Program-made: the position numbers and the translations under genes
Shown: positions 50,885 through 63,390 of the stretch, piece after piece
Numbering within the stretch: the stretch's first letter is position 1
Layout of the letters: each line of letters starts with the position of its first letter
Notes under the pieces: generated by a model
Told to the model about the DNA's origin: nothing
The model's input: only the letters and a program-made list of their open reading frames with translations
Databases searched by the model: none
Origin: Camelus dromedarius
Taxonomy: Eukaryota
Direction of reading: 5' to 3'
DNA length: 64,000 nt
NCBI RefSeq assembly: GCF_036321535.1
Contig: NC_087437.1
Span: 16,308,001-16,372,000 of the forward strand

Positions 50885-51210
50885 TAGTCTAGATCCTGGA
50901 AACAGACTCTGAGATGGAGATGTGGGTGCAGGTGGTCTGTGGGGGCAGAAACAGAGCAGCACCAGATGATCTTGCAGGGTCCTTCAGAACTGTCTCCCAG
51001 ATAGAGGTCAGGGGGCCAGGCCTGGTACTTCCTGTATCAACCAGTCTCGGAAGGAGAGAGGCTAGCCTTGAGGAAGGCAGCTCTCTCCAGCCAAACGCAA
51101 TTCCCAGAGAAGGATGTAGCAGCGAGTCATCAGCAGCCAACACTCCCAGCACAAGCAGATGAGTGCCAGTCCTGAAAGGACATCTCACTGGAACCTACAG
51201 ATCTACTGCA
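50885..51210. mobile_element. ERVL LTR33/LTR16-like relic
   Basis: GGAAACAGACTCTGAGATGGAG...CAGCAGCCAACACTCCCAGCA...GTCCTGAAAGG. Confidence 0.55.
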
Positions 51211-51349
51211 CCATCTTCTGTCTTCAGGGTTAAATAGAGCCACCTTCTTCCCTGCCATTAGGAGCAATGATTGCCACGTGAAAGTCAGAATGTAGGACTT
51301 AGGAGCAAGGCCCTTACACATCATTTCCAACTGCTTAACCTGGTCAACA

Positions 51350-51900
51350 GGGTGATCTGTCTGAAGCACGGTTCTGGTCATATTTACTACAAAACTCAAA
51401 AATCCCCTATGGCCCCCTCTTTCTTCTGAATGAAGTTCAGACTTCTTAGCCTGGAAGAAGGTGTGCACCTCCACCCCAGAACCTGTCCCAGGCTGCATTC
51501 CCAGCTTCTCTCCCATGGTTCTGCAAAGCCCAGTACTGACAGTATTCCGCAGGCAGTCTCCACAGTTCACCTTCCTTCATGTCTTTACCACTGGTTATTC
51601 CCACTTCCTGGAAAAGCCTCATCTCCCATGCCCATAGATCTAAATCTTAGCCAACTTCCTTGGTTCGGCTCAGATGCTTCCCCAGCGCCACCTAACAGGA
51701 AGCAATCTCTCCCTGATCTTGCAATAACACTTTTTACCATGAATTATATACAATTTGTCAGATATACTACATCATAAACTCCTTGAGGGCAGGATTTAGG
51801 TCTCATTCAATGCCTCGTACATAGTAAATACATACTGAATATTTGATGGATGGATGGAAGGATGGATGAATAGATGGACAGATGGATGGGTGGACAGGAG
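51350..51900 (+). mobile_element. L2 3' region with (GGAT)n tail
   Basis: AAACTCCTTGAGGGCAGG...CATAGTAAATA...GAATATTTGATGGATGGATGG. Confidence 0.7.
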
Positions 51901-52989
51901 TACAGCTGGAGGCACGACAGCCCCTGGATGGAAGTCCTGCTATTGCAGTGATGGTGGGGCTTGCCTTAACTCTCTTTGTTGGCTCTGTGTATCCTATTTA
52001 GTCTATGACAGCAGGTAGGCTGGTCTAAAAAAGAACTGAAGATGTATTTTCTGTATCAAAATATGGTAATTACTTACTGAGTACTGAAGGCCGTGGGGAA
52101 TCACCGAGCCCTCTTTTCAAGCTTGTTGCCACATTTGCTCATAAGAAGGGACTAGCACATAAATCCCCTTTGAATGTACCACAAGACAGCCCCCTAGCCA
52201 GCTGATATATTTCAAGTGGTGCCACTCGGAAGACTTCTTGAACCTCAGATAGTTGTTAACAAAACAATATGCTGATCAGTTCCAAGAAACTAAATCAGAG
52301 GCAATCAGTTTTGGCAGCTGCTTGGCTCATGAAAGGTGACACCCAATTAGAGAATACGATCAACCCCAAACAGTGTGTGCTTCCAACATCCCACAGTATT
52401 TACAGCTGCAGTCATGGATCTGACAGGCACAGATCCTGCTTGGAGACACAGACACCACCAGAAGCCATAATAATAGCCTCTTACTCGTGTGATGCTGTAT
52501 TTCACTTGCATTCTCACAACAACTCCTCCATGAGATAAGGATGAGAAGTATTCTCATCCCATTTGAAGCCCAGGCAATGGAGCCTCAGTGAGAAAAGACT
52601 ATCCCAGAAAACAATATGTCAGTAAAGCTGGTGTGTAGCAGCAGGGCCACAAGCAAAACCTGAGCTTTGATGCCTTCACAGCAGCAGTCCCCTTGCCGTG
52701 ATGTTACTTCATCCGTACCTTTGCCTCTAAGTCTACAAAGAAAAATGATCAAATGTATAGCCAATGTATTCATAATTTGTGCAAGGGATGTCATAGCCAT
52801 TTTTTTAGAAGTTTTGCACAATGTCAGGTCAGGGAATTATTCCTAGTGCCAAATGGATATTATTTCTACAGAGTTTAATTTCAGTGTCTTTTGTCCCATT
52901 CTCATCTGTTTAATATCCTCTGGAAGGAGCACAAGTCCTGATTTTCAAAGGAGTAAGATGCTTCCTATCAAACCCTTGGGCAGACTGTG

Positions 52990-54830
52990 TAAAAGGGGAA
53001 ATGTGACCTCCTAGAGGAGAGGGCGTGTTCCTGGGACCAACTTAGACTCACTAAGAACAAGCCCCATTAGACAGGCTTGCTGGTGGGAAGACCACAATAG
53101 GAATTAAAGAGATGCAGTAGACAGAGTGCCTATCGATTTTAGCAATGTCTTTGATAGAGTTTCCTATAACATTGTTGTGAACAAATTACAGAGATATGGA
53201 CCTCATGATAATACCATTCAGTGGATTTCTAATCGGTTGAATGAATTCGGCAATGATGATTAATGGGTGACGTGATCCTATAGGATGCCCTGAATGATAT
53301 AATGAAGAATTGCGACCTCTGCCTTTTCCAGTCCAAAATTTTTAGCAAGCGTTGTTAAATTTTTGTCCCCTAGAGGTATCACCTCACACCAGTCAGAATG
53401 GCCGTCATTCAAAAATCCACAAATGACAAATGCTGGAGAGGCTGTGGAGAAAGGGGAACCCTCCTACACTGCTGGTGGGAATGCAGTTTGGTGCAGCCAC
53501 TATGGAAAACAGTGTGGAGATTCCTCAAAAGACTAGGAATAGACTTACCATATGACCCAGGAATCCCACTCCTGGGCTTGTATCCAGAAGGAAATCTACT
53601 TCAGGATGACACCTGCACCCCAATGTTCATAGCAGCACTATTTACAATAGCCAAAACATGGAAACAGCCTAAATGTCCATCAACAGGTGACTGGATAAAG
53701 AAGAGGTGGTATATTTATACAATGGAATACTACTCAGCCATAAAAACCGACAACATAATGCCATTTGCAGCAACATGGATGCTCCTGGAGAATGTCATTC
53801 TAAGTGAAGTAAGCCAGAAAGAGAAAGAAAAATACCATATGAGATCGCTCATATGTGGAATCTAAAAAACAAAAACAAAAACAAACAAACAAACAAAAAC
53901 AAAGCGTAAATAAAGGACAGAAATAGACTCACAGACAGAGAATACAGACTTGTGGTTACCAGGGGGGTGGAGGGTGGGAAGGGATAGACTGGGATTTCAA
54001 AATTGTAGAATAGACTACACTGTATAGCACAGGGAAATATACACAAAATGTTATGACAAATCACAGAGAAAAAAATGTGACAATGAGTGTGTATATGTCC
54101 ATGAATAACTGAAAAATTGTGCTGAACACTGGAATTTGACACAACATTGTAAAATGACTATAAATCAATAAAAAATGTTAAAAAAATTTTTTTTGTCCCC
54201 TAGAGCCTGCCTAGCCCATCTGCCATGGCTTGAGGCGGAGAGGAGACGCTGAGGGACGGAATGGCAGAACTGGCAAGCCAAAAGCAGTCTTGACAGGCTT
54301 CTATATTGGCTCCAACCCAACGAGATGATATTTCAACTACTTCAAAAGCCTGGGACTTTTATTCAAAGAATCAAGTGCACAAAGAGAGGATGAGGCGAGG
54401 TAACTTGACAGCAATTCACAAGAAAAAGTTCTCAGGACTGAATTTAGGGGCAGACCCAGTGTCACTCAGTGCTGTGGGGCTCTGGCCCAGAGAGTGAATA
54501 GGAACTTGGGGTGCAGTTTTCAGGGTCCAGCCTGCTTCTCCCGGAGGTCCTGAAACTTGCGGTTAAGACCAACTGGAGAAGGGCCAAAGGTGGATGAAGA
54601 AAATGGGAAAGAAGCTGGACACCACGTTCATTCAATCACAAATGAAAGCACTAGAGCTAAACTCATTGTCTTTGAATAACTTGAAAGACCATTGCTTGGA
54701 GGAAAGGATATCCTTACTATGGGAGCTGCAGGGTCCGGGCTGGAGCCAGTGGGTGGAAGTTAAAAGGAAGCAGATTTTTGATCAACTTTAGGAAGAAGGC
54801 TCTAAAAATTGCAATTTCCCAGAAAAGGCT
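52990..54830 (+). mobile_element. CR1/L3 LINE relic with readable RT domain, split by a young L1
   Basis: From 53111: DAVDRVPIDFSNVFDRVSYNIVVNKLQRYGPHDNTIQWISNRLN (CR1 motif VDVVYLDFSKAFD.V.H.IL..KL..YG); after the L1: SLDRLLYWLQPNEMIF. Confidence 0.85.
53376..54186 (+). mobile_element. Young 5'-truncated L1 with open ORF2 C-terminus (53398-53865)
   Basis: TSD AAAT(n)GTCCCCTAGAG at 53357-53375 and ending 54205; 155 open codons containing [19 protein letters not shown]. Confidence 0.95.
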
Positions 54831-54887
54831 ACCTGGCCAGAAGAACCAAGGATGAGACAGGCCCACAATCAAGACAAGCTCTGAGAT

Positions 54888-55030
54888 GGGGAGGGTACAG
54901 CTCAGTGGTAGAGTGTGTATTTAGCATGCATAAGGTCCTGGGTTCAATCCCCAGTATCTCCATTAAAAAAAAAAAACTAAACCTGATTACCTCTCCCAAA
55001 ATTAAAAAAAAAAAAATTAATTAAAAAAAA
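54888..55030 (+). mobile_element. tRNA-derived SINE (vic-1-like)
   Basis: GGGGAGGGTACAGCTCAGTGGTAGAG...GGTTCAATCCCCAGTATCTCC and A-rich tail. Confidence 0.88.
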
Positions 55031-56899
55031 AAGAAGAAGAAGCTGTGAGGTGAGTGGGCTTCTAGGATCTGAGTGTTCTGAGCCAAGACCCAGCCAGGAC
55101 ACAAGACACGTACCCCGAGGGCCATCAGCACTGTGGCGGCAGCGCTGACCCGCTCTCTCTTGCACTGAGGGCTGTCTTCATGGTCGTCCTACTCACGCCG
55201 GCACCTTCTGGCCCCTGACCAGTGCCTGCACTGCACACACAGCCCTAGGACTGTTCATAAATCCTTTCAGCCAGGCCTGTAGGTTCAGGCTGAGTGGTTT
55301 CAGTATCTCCAGTTTTTCTCAAGGGTCTTCTTAACCAACCTTTTTGGTTTCTCTCTGGCCCTTGCTTGCGTGCCCTCCTCCCCAGTCCTGCTCGTTCATT
55401 CAGCTGTGAGGCTCCCCGCTGAGCCCAGTGCTTTGTTGAAAGCTAGAAAATTAGGGATGCTAATGACAGCAGGATGGGTGACCAAGGGTGCTCGTCAAAT
55501 CTCCTTCCTGAAGCTACTGCGAAACAGGAGTCTCCTTTGTAAAGATTTATCAGAGAGGGGCACTGAGCGAAGCAGATGGCATCTGAGAGGGGAGGGGAAA
55601 GGAGTCAGCACAGGTGGAACCCTGCTCTGCGACTGTCACTGTGTCTGCGTCAGGCTTCTGACACACGTGATCATATGCATTCCTCACCTAAGGTTTAGTT
55701 ATTTCTATTACTCCCTTTTAAATGGGAGGAAACTGAGATTCAGAGGGTTAAGTAACCTGCTGGCAAGTTGCAGAGTCAGGATTTGAACTCGGCTCTGCAG
55801 GACCCCATAGCCTGCTCTGTCTTCGTGGAGGTTTTTTCTGATTTGAGAAGTCAGACTCTACCAGGCTTATATCCTACACTCATTCTTAAATTAATTGTAG
55901 AATTTCATCCTTCCAATGGTTTGCTTTGCAGCAACACTCAGCAAAAATTTGTCCCTCCACAAAGCTGGACTTTGATTAGCAATATTAACAAGCCTTTAGA
56001 AAAGATGGATTAGAGCAATGCAGGGAAACTGGCCCTGAAATTAAGGTCTGGGTGATAACGCTTCAATTACAGATCCAAGGGCTGGAAGTGGATGGAGGGT
56101 CTGGTACAGGCTCCTGCAGAACCGTTCCTACTCCCTGTTGTCCAGTTTGTCCCTTGCCTCTGCTGTGACACACCAGTCATTTTCTCCACTTTTGCCCAAT
56201 GGCTGACACTCAGAGAAGAGTCATAGGTCCATCCGTTACAATATAGGATTCTATCTAGTATCGCCAATTTGCCCTAAAGAAATCCTGCATTAAATTAAAA
56301 TAGCGAGCACTATAATGTGATATTGGCTGACAGTATGCACTCTGGAGTTGGGCTGCTACACCACCTACTAGCCCAGGCTCCATCACCTCTCCTAACCATT
56401 AACTTCCCTGGACCACAGCTTCTTTCTTTGTATTGTTTTGAGAATTTGATCTGTTAGTACATATAACACTAAGTGATCCATTGTGGTTTTGTTTGATTTT
56501 TTGAGGAGAAGGAAAAACATGGTCATTGTATAGCACGTTCCCCACCCAACTGTGGGGAATTTGAATAGCTAACACTCTCAAAGGATGGCTCTGAGCTTAG
56601 ACTCCACGTCTCCTATGTTATTCAGAACATCTCTACAACTTGCCACATCCGACTCACCCCAACTACTGAAATTCGCAACCCATGTGAGCTGAGTGCTGGT
56701 GATAACATGTGAGAGTGAGAACCCAGTAATTTATCTTCTAGACATTCAGCTGTTTGCTAATTTGACAAAGTCACTCTTAACATTAGCTTACTGTGTTCAG
56801 TTCTATTTAGCAATTCCATCGGGCCCCCCCCCCCCAGATTTGGGTAGCCTGGGAAAGGAACAGAGAACTTTTCCAACATCCTTAGAGGTATCCCATATT

Positions 56900-58200
56900 C
56901 ATTTATTAAATGATTCACTCATTCATCACATGAGTAATTTCCTGAGAGACCTCTACATACTCAGCTCTCAGCTGGGTTCTAGGAATTCAATGGCAAGACA
57001 AGAAAAGTTGCTCCCCTGCCCTCTAGTGAGATACAGGATAAACATGTAGACCAAGAATTAAACAACTACCTCATAAAAAGCACTATGAAGCAAACAGAAA
57101 GGGCAGAGAATGATGATGGGAGAGAAGTGATATTTAGATAAGGTGTTCAGAGAAGGCTTCTCTGAGGAGGAAATGGCTCAAGTAAAGAACTAAAAAGTTA
57201 GAGGCCAGCTGTGGCAGGCACCACTAGTTAGCTGTTTACCTAATACTTCTCCACTTCTTTCTTACTTTGTTTAGGGCCATGATGTATCCAACTAAAAGTT
57301 CTCAGCCATAACTTTTTTTTTTTTTTTTGTGAGCAGTGGGGCACACAGCACAGGGTACCTAGCTAAACCACTCTATCCCAGCCTTCTTGGTAGCAAGGGC
57401 TAGCCAGTGTGACAGTGTTCTGGCCAATGAGATATAAGCTAGGGTTTAGGGAAAACTGTTCTTCCCCTAAATATAAGTACTGCCCCTTTTGCTTCCCCTC
57501 AGCTCCTTCTTCCTATCTGAAATATGGATAGGATTCTTGGTGCTATGGCAGCCTTCTTATAACCATGAGGAAAAAGCCAAAACAAAATCTCAAGGACCTT
57601 GACTATCATGTTTTTGAGCAATGACCAATACTACATTTTCCAGACTTCTAACTGAACAACAAAAGAAACAAACAAAAGCCCTTGTACATATTGAAGTCAC
57701 TATAATCAAAATTTACTGTTATTTGGGGGTTAAATGAAATCCCTCACTGATATACCAGCCAAGCAAAGCACAGAGGCAGGGGCATTTCAAGGAGAGGAAA
57801 TGACATACCTGAAGACCTTAAGGCTATGTCTGGTACATGGTAGACATTCGATAAATATTTGATGAATGAACGACTGAATAAATTAGTTAATTTAACTTAA
57901 ATTCACATTGGTACATAGGGAAATGAGGTTGGCATGTTTAAGAACAGAGAGAAGGCCAGTGTGGCTGGAGTATGGCAGGAACAGAGGAAAGTGAGTGCAG
58001 CTAAGGTTGGAGACATAAGCAAGGGACCTGCCAACTGAAGCCTTACAGGCCCAAGAAAGGAATTGAAATTTTATTTTTGGAGTCAATGGAAACCAGCTGA
58101 TAGCTGATGTCTATTCTACAGATTTGCCTAGCATGTGATGAAGGGCTTAGAGGACCAGCCAGGGCCATCACAATTGTCCCAGGAAGGAAAGATAGTGGCT
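56900..58200 (-). mobile_element. L2 with nested MLT1 LTR (~57210-57755)
   Basis: L2 antisense TGATTCACTCATTCA...GAAGGCTTCTCTGAGGAGG...GGCCAGTGTGGCTGGAG; MLT1 GTTCTGGCCAATGAGATATAAG. Confidence 0.7.
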
Positions 58201-59546
58201 TCAACTGGGGTAAAGGCATTGGTGATGAAGAAAATTACACCGAAGTGGCAGTGTGGCAGTCAGTTTGAGAATAATTTGGCCAAAAAAAAAAAAAAAAAAA
58301 AAAGAAAAAGAAAGAAAAGTCAATACCATATGTGAAGAATGTAACAATCTCTTGCTAATCAAGAGAATCAAACTTACTGCAACAGACCAGGTCAGTGAAA
58401 TAATATTAAATATAGCAGCTAACATATATGTGTTACACACTGTAGAGGCATTGTCTCATTAATCCTTATAATCATCTTATAAGGTAAATGTTATTATTCT
58501 CCCCATATTATAAATGAGCAAAATGAGTCATAATCAGATTAAATTGCTCAAGGTTAATATCGTTAGCAAGTTAGCAAGCTGGGTTTCAAACCCAAGGCTG
58601 TCGGATTCCTTGACTCCAGCCACAAGGGACTTGGAAACTACAAGCAATAAGGAACTTGGAGACTCCTCTGGGGTGACCTTCTCCTCTCTGGATGTTGAGT
58701 ACCCCACGTAAAAAGTCCCCCACTCCCCGTTCATCGACTGGATCCTTATCCTCCTGAATAACGGAGTATGGAAAGTGTATTTATTTTCTGGGCAATAAAA
58801 CTTGGGCACATTTATTCAATCTTCATTACATGTCAGTCCTTTTAGATGTATTATACCCCCTTTGCAGATTGGGAGATTAAAGTGCAAAGGGGTTATGTCA
58901 CTTACCCAAAGTCACAAACCTAGTAAGATTCAAATCCAGGGTGCCTGATGTGTTTCACCCCATCTTCTCCAAAGCAGATTGTTCCTGGAGATGGAACCTG
59001 AACCTGCACCACAGGTCACCTGGATGGCATGAGGGTCCCAAGGGCTGCTGCTTCACCAAGCCCGGAACTTGAGACCAGGCCACACTTTGGGACTGAGTGG
59101 TAGCAAATACATTGGGACGGACAGATTATTTTAGCCAAGTGCAAAGTCTTTAAGCCAAAAGCACATCTAGGACCAAGCCAAGCACCAGGACAGCTATGAA
59201 ACCCTGAATAAATTCTGCCTCCTCTAGCTCTCCTTTGTCACAGCTCAAAGGTCACCTCTTTAAAGATGTGGTCCCTGATGACCCTAGCTAATGCCCTCCC
59301 TCCTGCTACTTGCTAGCCCATCATTCTCTTTATTCTTCTTCTTAGTAGTTATAACTCTTGGGTGATATCATTTGTTTATCATTTATATGTTTATTGCTTG
59401 TCTTTGCCCACTAGGATGTAGGCTCTGCATCCTCAGTGCCTAGGATGTCTGGCACATAGTAGGCATGTGATGAATATTTGATGAATGAATGACTGAAAAA
59501 ATTAGTGAGTTAATTTAATTTAAATTTGCATTGGTACTTGGGGAAA
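57826..59546 (+). repeat. Dispersed direct repeat ~100 bp (57826-57923 / 59445-59546)
   Basis: Copies share an L2 tail plus the non-L2 flank TAATTTAA(C/T)TTAAATT(CA/TG)CATTGGTAC; one 4-nt indel. Confidence 0.88.
59220..59500 (+). mobile_element. L2 3' end
   Basis: CTCAAAGGTCACCTCTT...CCCACTAGGATGTAGGCTC...TGGCACATAGTAGG...GATGAATGAATGA. Confidence 0.75.
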
Positions 59547-60299
59547 ACTCTCCAAGCTCTCAGCAAACACACAGGTTTCTCTTCAGCTTAAGCATCTGGG
59601 ACAATAGAAAGGAGGTCTAATAGCCAGACTGATAGGATGGCATTGGAAATGACAATAGGATTAATGCAGGTGGGCCAGACTTGGACACTTTTTAAAAGTC
59701 ACCGGTAGGCAGGGTGGCTTTCTTCTAGTCCCATGGGTGGTGCCATGACCCATTACAGAGCAAATGACTAAGCCACTAGAAGCTCGAGCTAGAAGTTCCC
59801 ACCAGTTAGAAGCCATGAGGGAAAAGCGTAGGAGTGGGAGGACTCCTGGGAGAGGGCAGTGCAGAGGAGGAGTCCGGGGAGCTCAGAGGAGGGGGTCCCC
59901 TCCTGAAGGGTTCACCCTTCCCTTCAGCAGTCATGGAGGCTCCCAAAAAGCCATGCCCTCCTCCACCTTCCACCATGAACAGCAAGGGGAGGAGAAATGT
60001 CATGGGTGGATGGTTCCTTTTGGGCATCTGTGCCCCATTGGTAATCAGTTCTATTTCACTTCGAAATTAAAAAAAAAATTAAACAAAACTGAGGTTCTCT
60101 GATGCAGATGAGAGAGTCAGCCATTGCTCATTTCTGTCTTCCTAGAAAGAACACACAAACCAAATATGATCTCTCCCTGGTTTGCGGTACCTTTGTGCAG
60201 ACTGATTTTTCTCACTCTCTTTTGAATACCTCAAGCAGAACACCCCTCGTGTCGTTAATGACTTCAAAGATACTGGGTCCACTGTGTGGCAAGTGATAA

Positions 60300-60620
60300 A
60301 AATGTACACAGCATGGGTTGGATAAATTAATAAACTCTCCAGAGCCTCGGAGTCCTCAGGCCCAGTGGCACCGTAATGAAATGTTATTCTGAAGTGGAGG
60401 AGGTGGGAAGGAGAAGATGGGGAGCAGTATTTAATATATGCAAATTAACTAGTATGCAAATTACCACTAAGTTAAAAATAACGGACTGCGAGAGGAGCCC
60501 ATTTTTTAAGCAGCTTGTTTATTCATTAGCCTAATTCTCATTATCAATCCTTCTGTTTTCTTCTTTATTAAGTACTCACATTTGGGAAGTTTGCGTCCTA
60601 CAAATTGTTTTGCTCCCAAA
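60300..60620. promoter_or_regulatory. POU/octamer motif cluster; candidate enhancer
   Basis: ATGCAAAT at 60438-60445 and 60454-60461; TAATGAAAT 60374-60382; TTATTCATTA 60519-60528. Confidence 0.55.
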
Positions 60621-62173
60621 CCCATAACACTGGTTAGAACAATCACCATACATTAGCCTTCTTCTGTCTCATGCTTGATTTTGCCCCCAGCTTGTGTTTT
60701 TTACGCTTTCTCTCTCCCTGCCCCTTTCCTTTGGTGGTTTCTCCCTAGCATCCTCACTTGCCTTGTTTCTCTGACACCTTTTGTTTCTCCGATGAATGCA
60801 GCTCCCGGGGGGTGAGGGGCAAGGGCGAAAGAAGCCTCCTGTCCTGTTAGGCCTTACTCCAGGGGCCTCTTCTCCCAGCCACTGGTCCCCATGGGCTGGA
60901 CTCAGACGCAGAAGTCCCCAGAGTCCGGCTTCCCATCACCTCGGGCCGTGGACCACCGTCAGCTAGCGGTATCACAACAGCCAGAACAATGCACACACTG
61001 ATTCTGGTCTGTATACGGCCTCTCCTCTGCCTCAAGACAGGCTTTACACAATGTTAAGACAAACTGGCAGCCAAAATTCTCTTTTGTCTCAAGCATCCAC
61101 CTCGCTAAGTGCAAGCTCTGGTGCCCCCCAGAGGCTGAGAGCGGTATGGACAGCCGGGAAGGTCCTGAGGAAGCAGGGCTGGAGGACAGCTCGCAGGAGG
61201 GTGGGGAGTGGGGTGAAGGTTCTCCCAGACAAAGCTCCCCGCTGCAGTGTCTAGAGGGGACAAAAATCCCGAAAGGATGGGCACCCAAGAGCAAGTAGGA
61301 AGGGGACCGGGAGATAGGAATTACCAAAGCAGCACATGAGCTTGCGAGGTTGGTTTTTGTGTTAACTGTTACCATTTTCACGTGGTTTTCAATCACAGAG
61401 TTATTACAAAGCTTCGAGATCGTATTTTACCAGGCGTGTCTCCACGCAGGGTGCTTGAAAGTGGCTGTGCAAAGCTGGGTATGCAGACCTGCCCTGTGGA
61501 AGGTGCAGTCTTGGAAGTGCCCGCACACACCCTTAGACTCAGGATCTCTCCCTCCCTGGAGAAGCTGTGGCTGAGCTCCAGGAGGCAAACTCCCAAGGCT
61601 GGCCCTGCCAGGAGCCCTACTCCCCAGCAGGCCTTGCTGCAAGTCTGATGCAAGTGATGCAAAGCGAACACATATTCCCAGAGCAAATAACTCTAATTCC
61701 CACCCCTCCATGTGCTCCCACAGTCGCTACCACTTATAATTCTCCTGGGAGACACTCTACGTCAGAGCAGGAACCACATTTTTCGGGGCTCGGCTCAGTG
61801 TCAGAATTTGGTCATCCATCCTGCTGAAGTGCCTGGTGTATACTTGGATACCATGATGTCAAATGTGAAAGGTCAAACTTAGGTAGCTGCTTGGCGTCAT
61901 CCACATATGGGAGACAGTTGGGGGATGAATTTGCATCAGCTCCTGAACTCAAGCCGGTAATGCAATCTCCCACTGCTCTTCAGGCCAGAAATGGGGTCAA
62001 AAGGCCAAAGACCTCGAAGAAGCGTGCAACGTCGGAAATTGTCACTGACACTAAGCTTAAGGTGGAGCCAGAGAGATAAATCATTATCATTTAAGCCCTG
62101 AACGTTTTTATACATACTGTCTTTGCAATATTTCCATAGAATGAGCAAATAAATCACCCTGCTCTTGACATTT

Positions 62174-63390
62174 TTAATAACTTTAAGAATGTGGTTAGGG
62201 TAATACTTAACTTTATTGACATATTGTATGGTTCATCCATCTCATCAAACCTCAATGAGACTTCAATGAATATTAACTGAGGAGGACCCATAACGTACAA
62301 GATGCTGCCTGGAGAATCCCCTAGGAAGTCACTGTCCAGCCCCCAGGAGTTCTTCCTCATTGGCTCGACTGCTGTCTGTGGAAACTGACAGCCCATCAGG
62401 CAAGACTGGATGGAGCTGGATGTAGAGACTGTTTTGATTCTAGCCAGGGGATTTGGTTCACTGGGTTTGGGGGGAAAACTACTTCTTGAACTCTGGCTCC
62501 TTGAGAGTGTTCTCAGGGTTCAGAATCTCCCTTGAGCATTAGACACAGACATGATGGATGCAAAGAAGATAGGATGGAATGCCACTCAACAGCCACACCT
62601 CAAAGACAGTAGAGGTGGCCACAGTATGTCCTGCTGGAATGCAATCTCACCTGGTCCCTGATTTCACAGGACGGGAGACAGAGGCCCAGGGTGGAACCTT
62701 AACCTTACCAAAGTCATGTCACTCTCTTACAGCAGAGCTAGAACTAGGAGCCAAGTGTCTTGATTTTCAAGCTGACACCATTTTCAGTGGTAAGTGATAA
62801 AGGTGGCATATTTTACAAAGTGGGTAGGGGAATAAAAAGGAATGGTGTCAAATAATTCTAGGAGTAACAATGATACTATCTGACCCATTCTTAAACCCTG
62901 CCTCTAGGAGACACTCAACAGTAGCTTCTCAAACGCACACATTTCCTCTCATCCCCCGGACTTCTTGGAACTTTGCCTTCGCAAAAATACTCTCACCTCC
63001 AACCCTCTTCTCTGAGCCATTCTTACTAGTTCTCCAGGTCTCAACTAGGACATCACTGTCTCCAGAAAGTTTCCCCTGGTCCCTCAAATCTGGGCTGGGT
63101 GCCCGGCTATATATTTGTAAGGTCCCCCAGCCCCTACCCCTTGTCTTCCATCACAGCTCCTGCCACAGTTCACTGCAATTGTCTTTTACTTGTCTGCCTT
63201 TTCCAATCTTCTGTGACCCTCTGGAAGGCAGGGACTCTATCTGTCTTGCTCACTCAAACTTGTCTCCCTAGACCCTAAAGTTAATAACTCTAAGAATGTG
63301 ATTAAGGTAATACTCAACTTTATTGATATGGTGTACGGTTCATCCATCTCATCAAACCTCAATTAAATCTCAGTGACCATTAAACCAGGA
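62174..63390 (+). repeat. Dispersed direct repeat 110 bp (62174-62283 / 63281-63390)
   Basis: Ungapped; 75/83 identical in the core, 92/110 overall. Confidence 0.92.

Noticed and set aside
53398..53865. 155-aa ORF as a host gene
   Set aside because: It is the L1 ORF2 C-terminus of a 5'-truncated insertion lacking promoter, endonuclease and RT domains.
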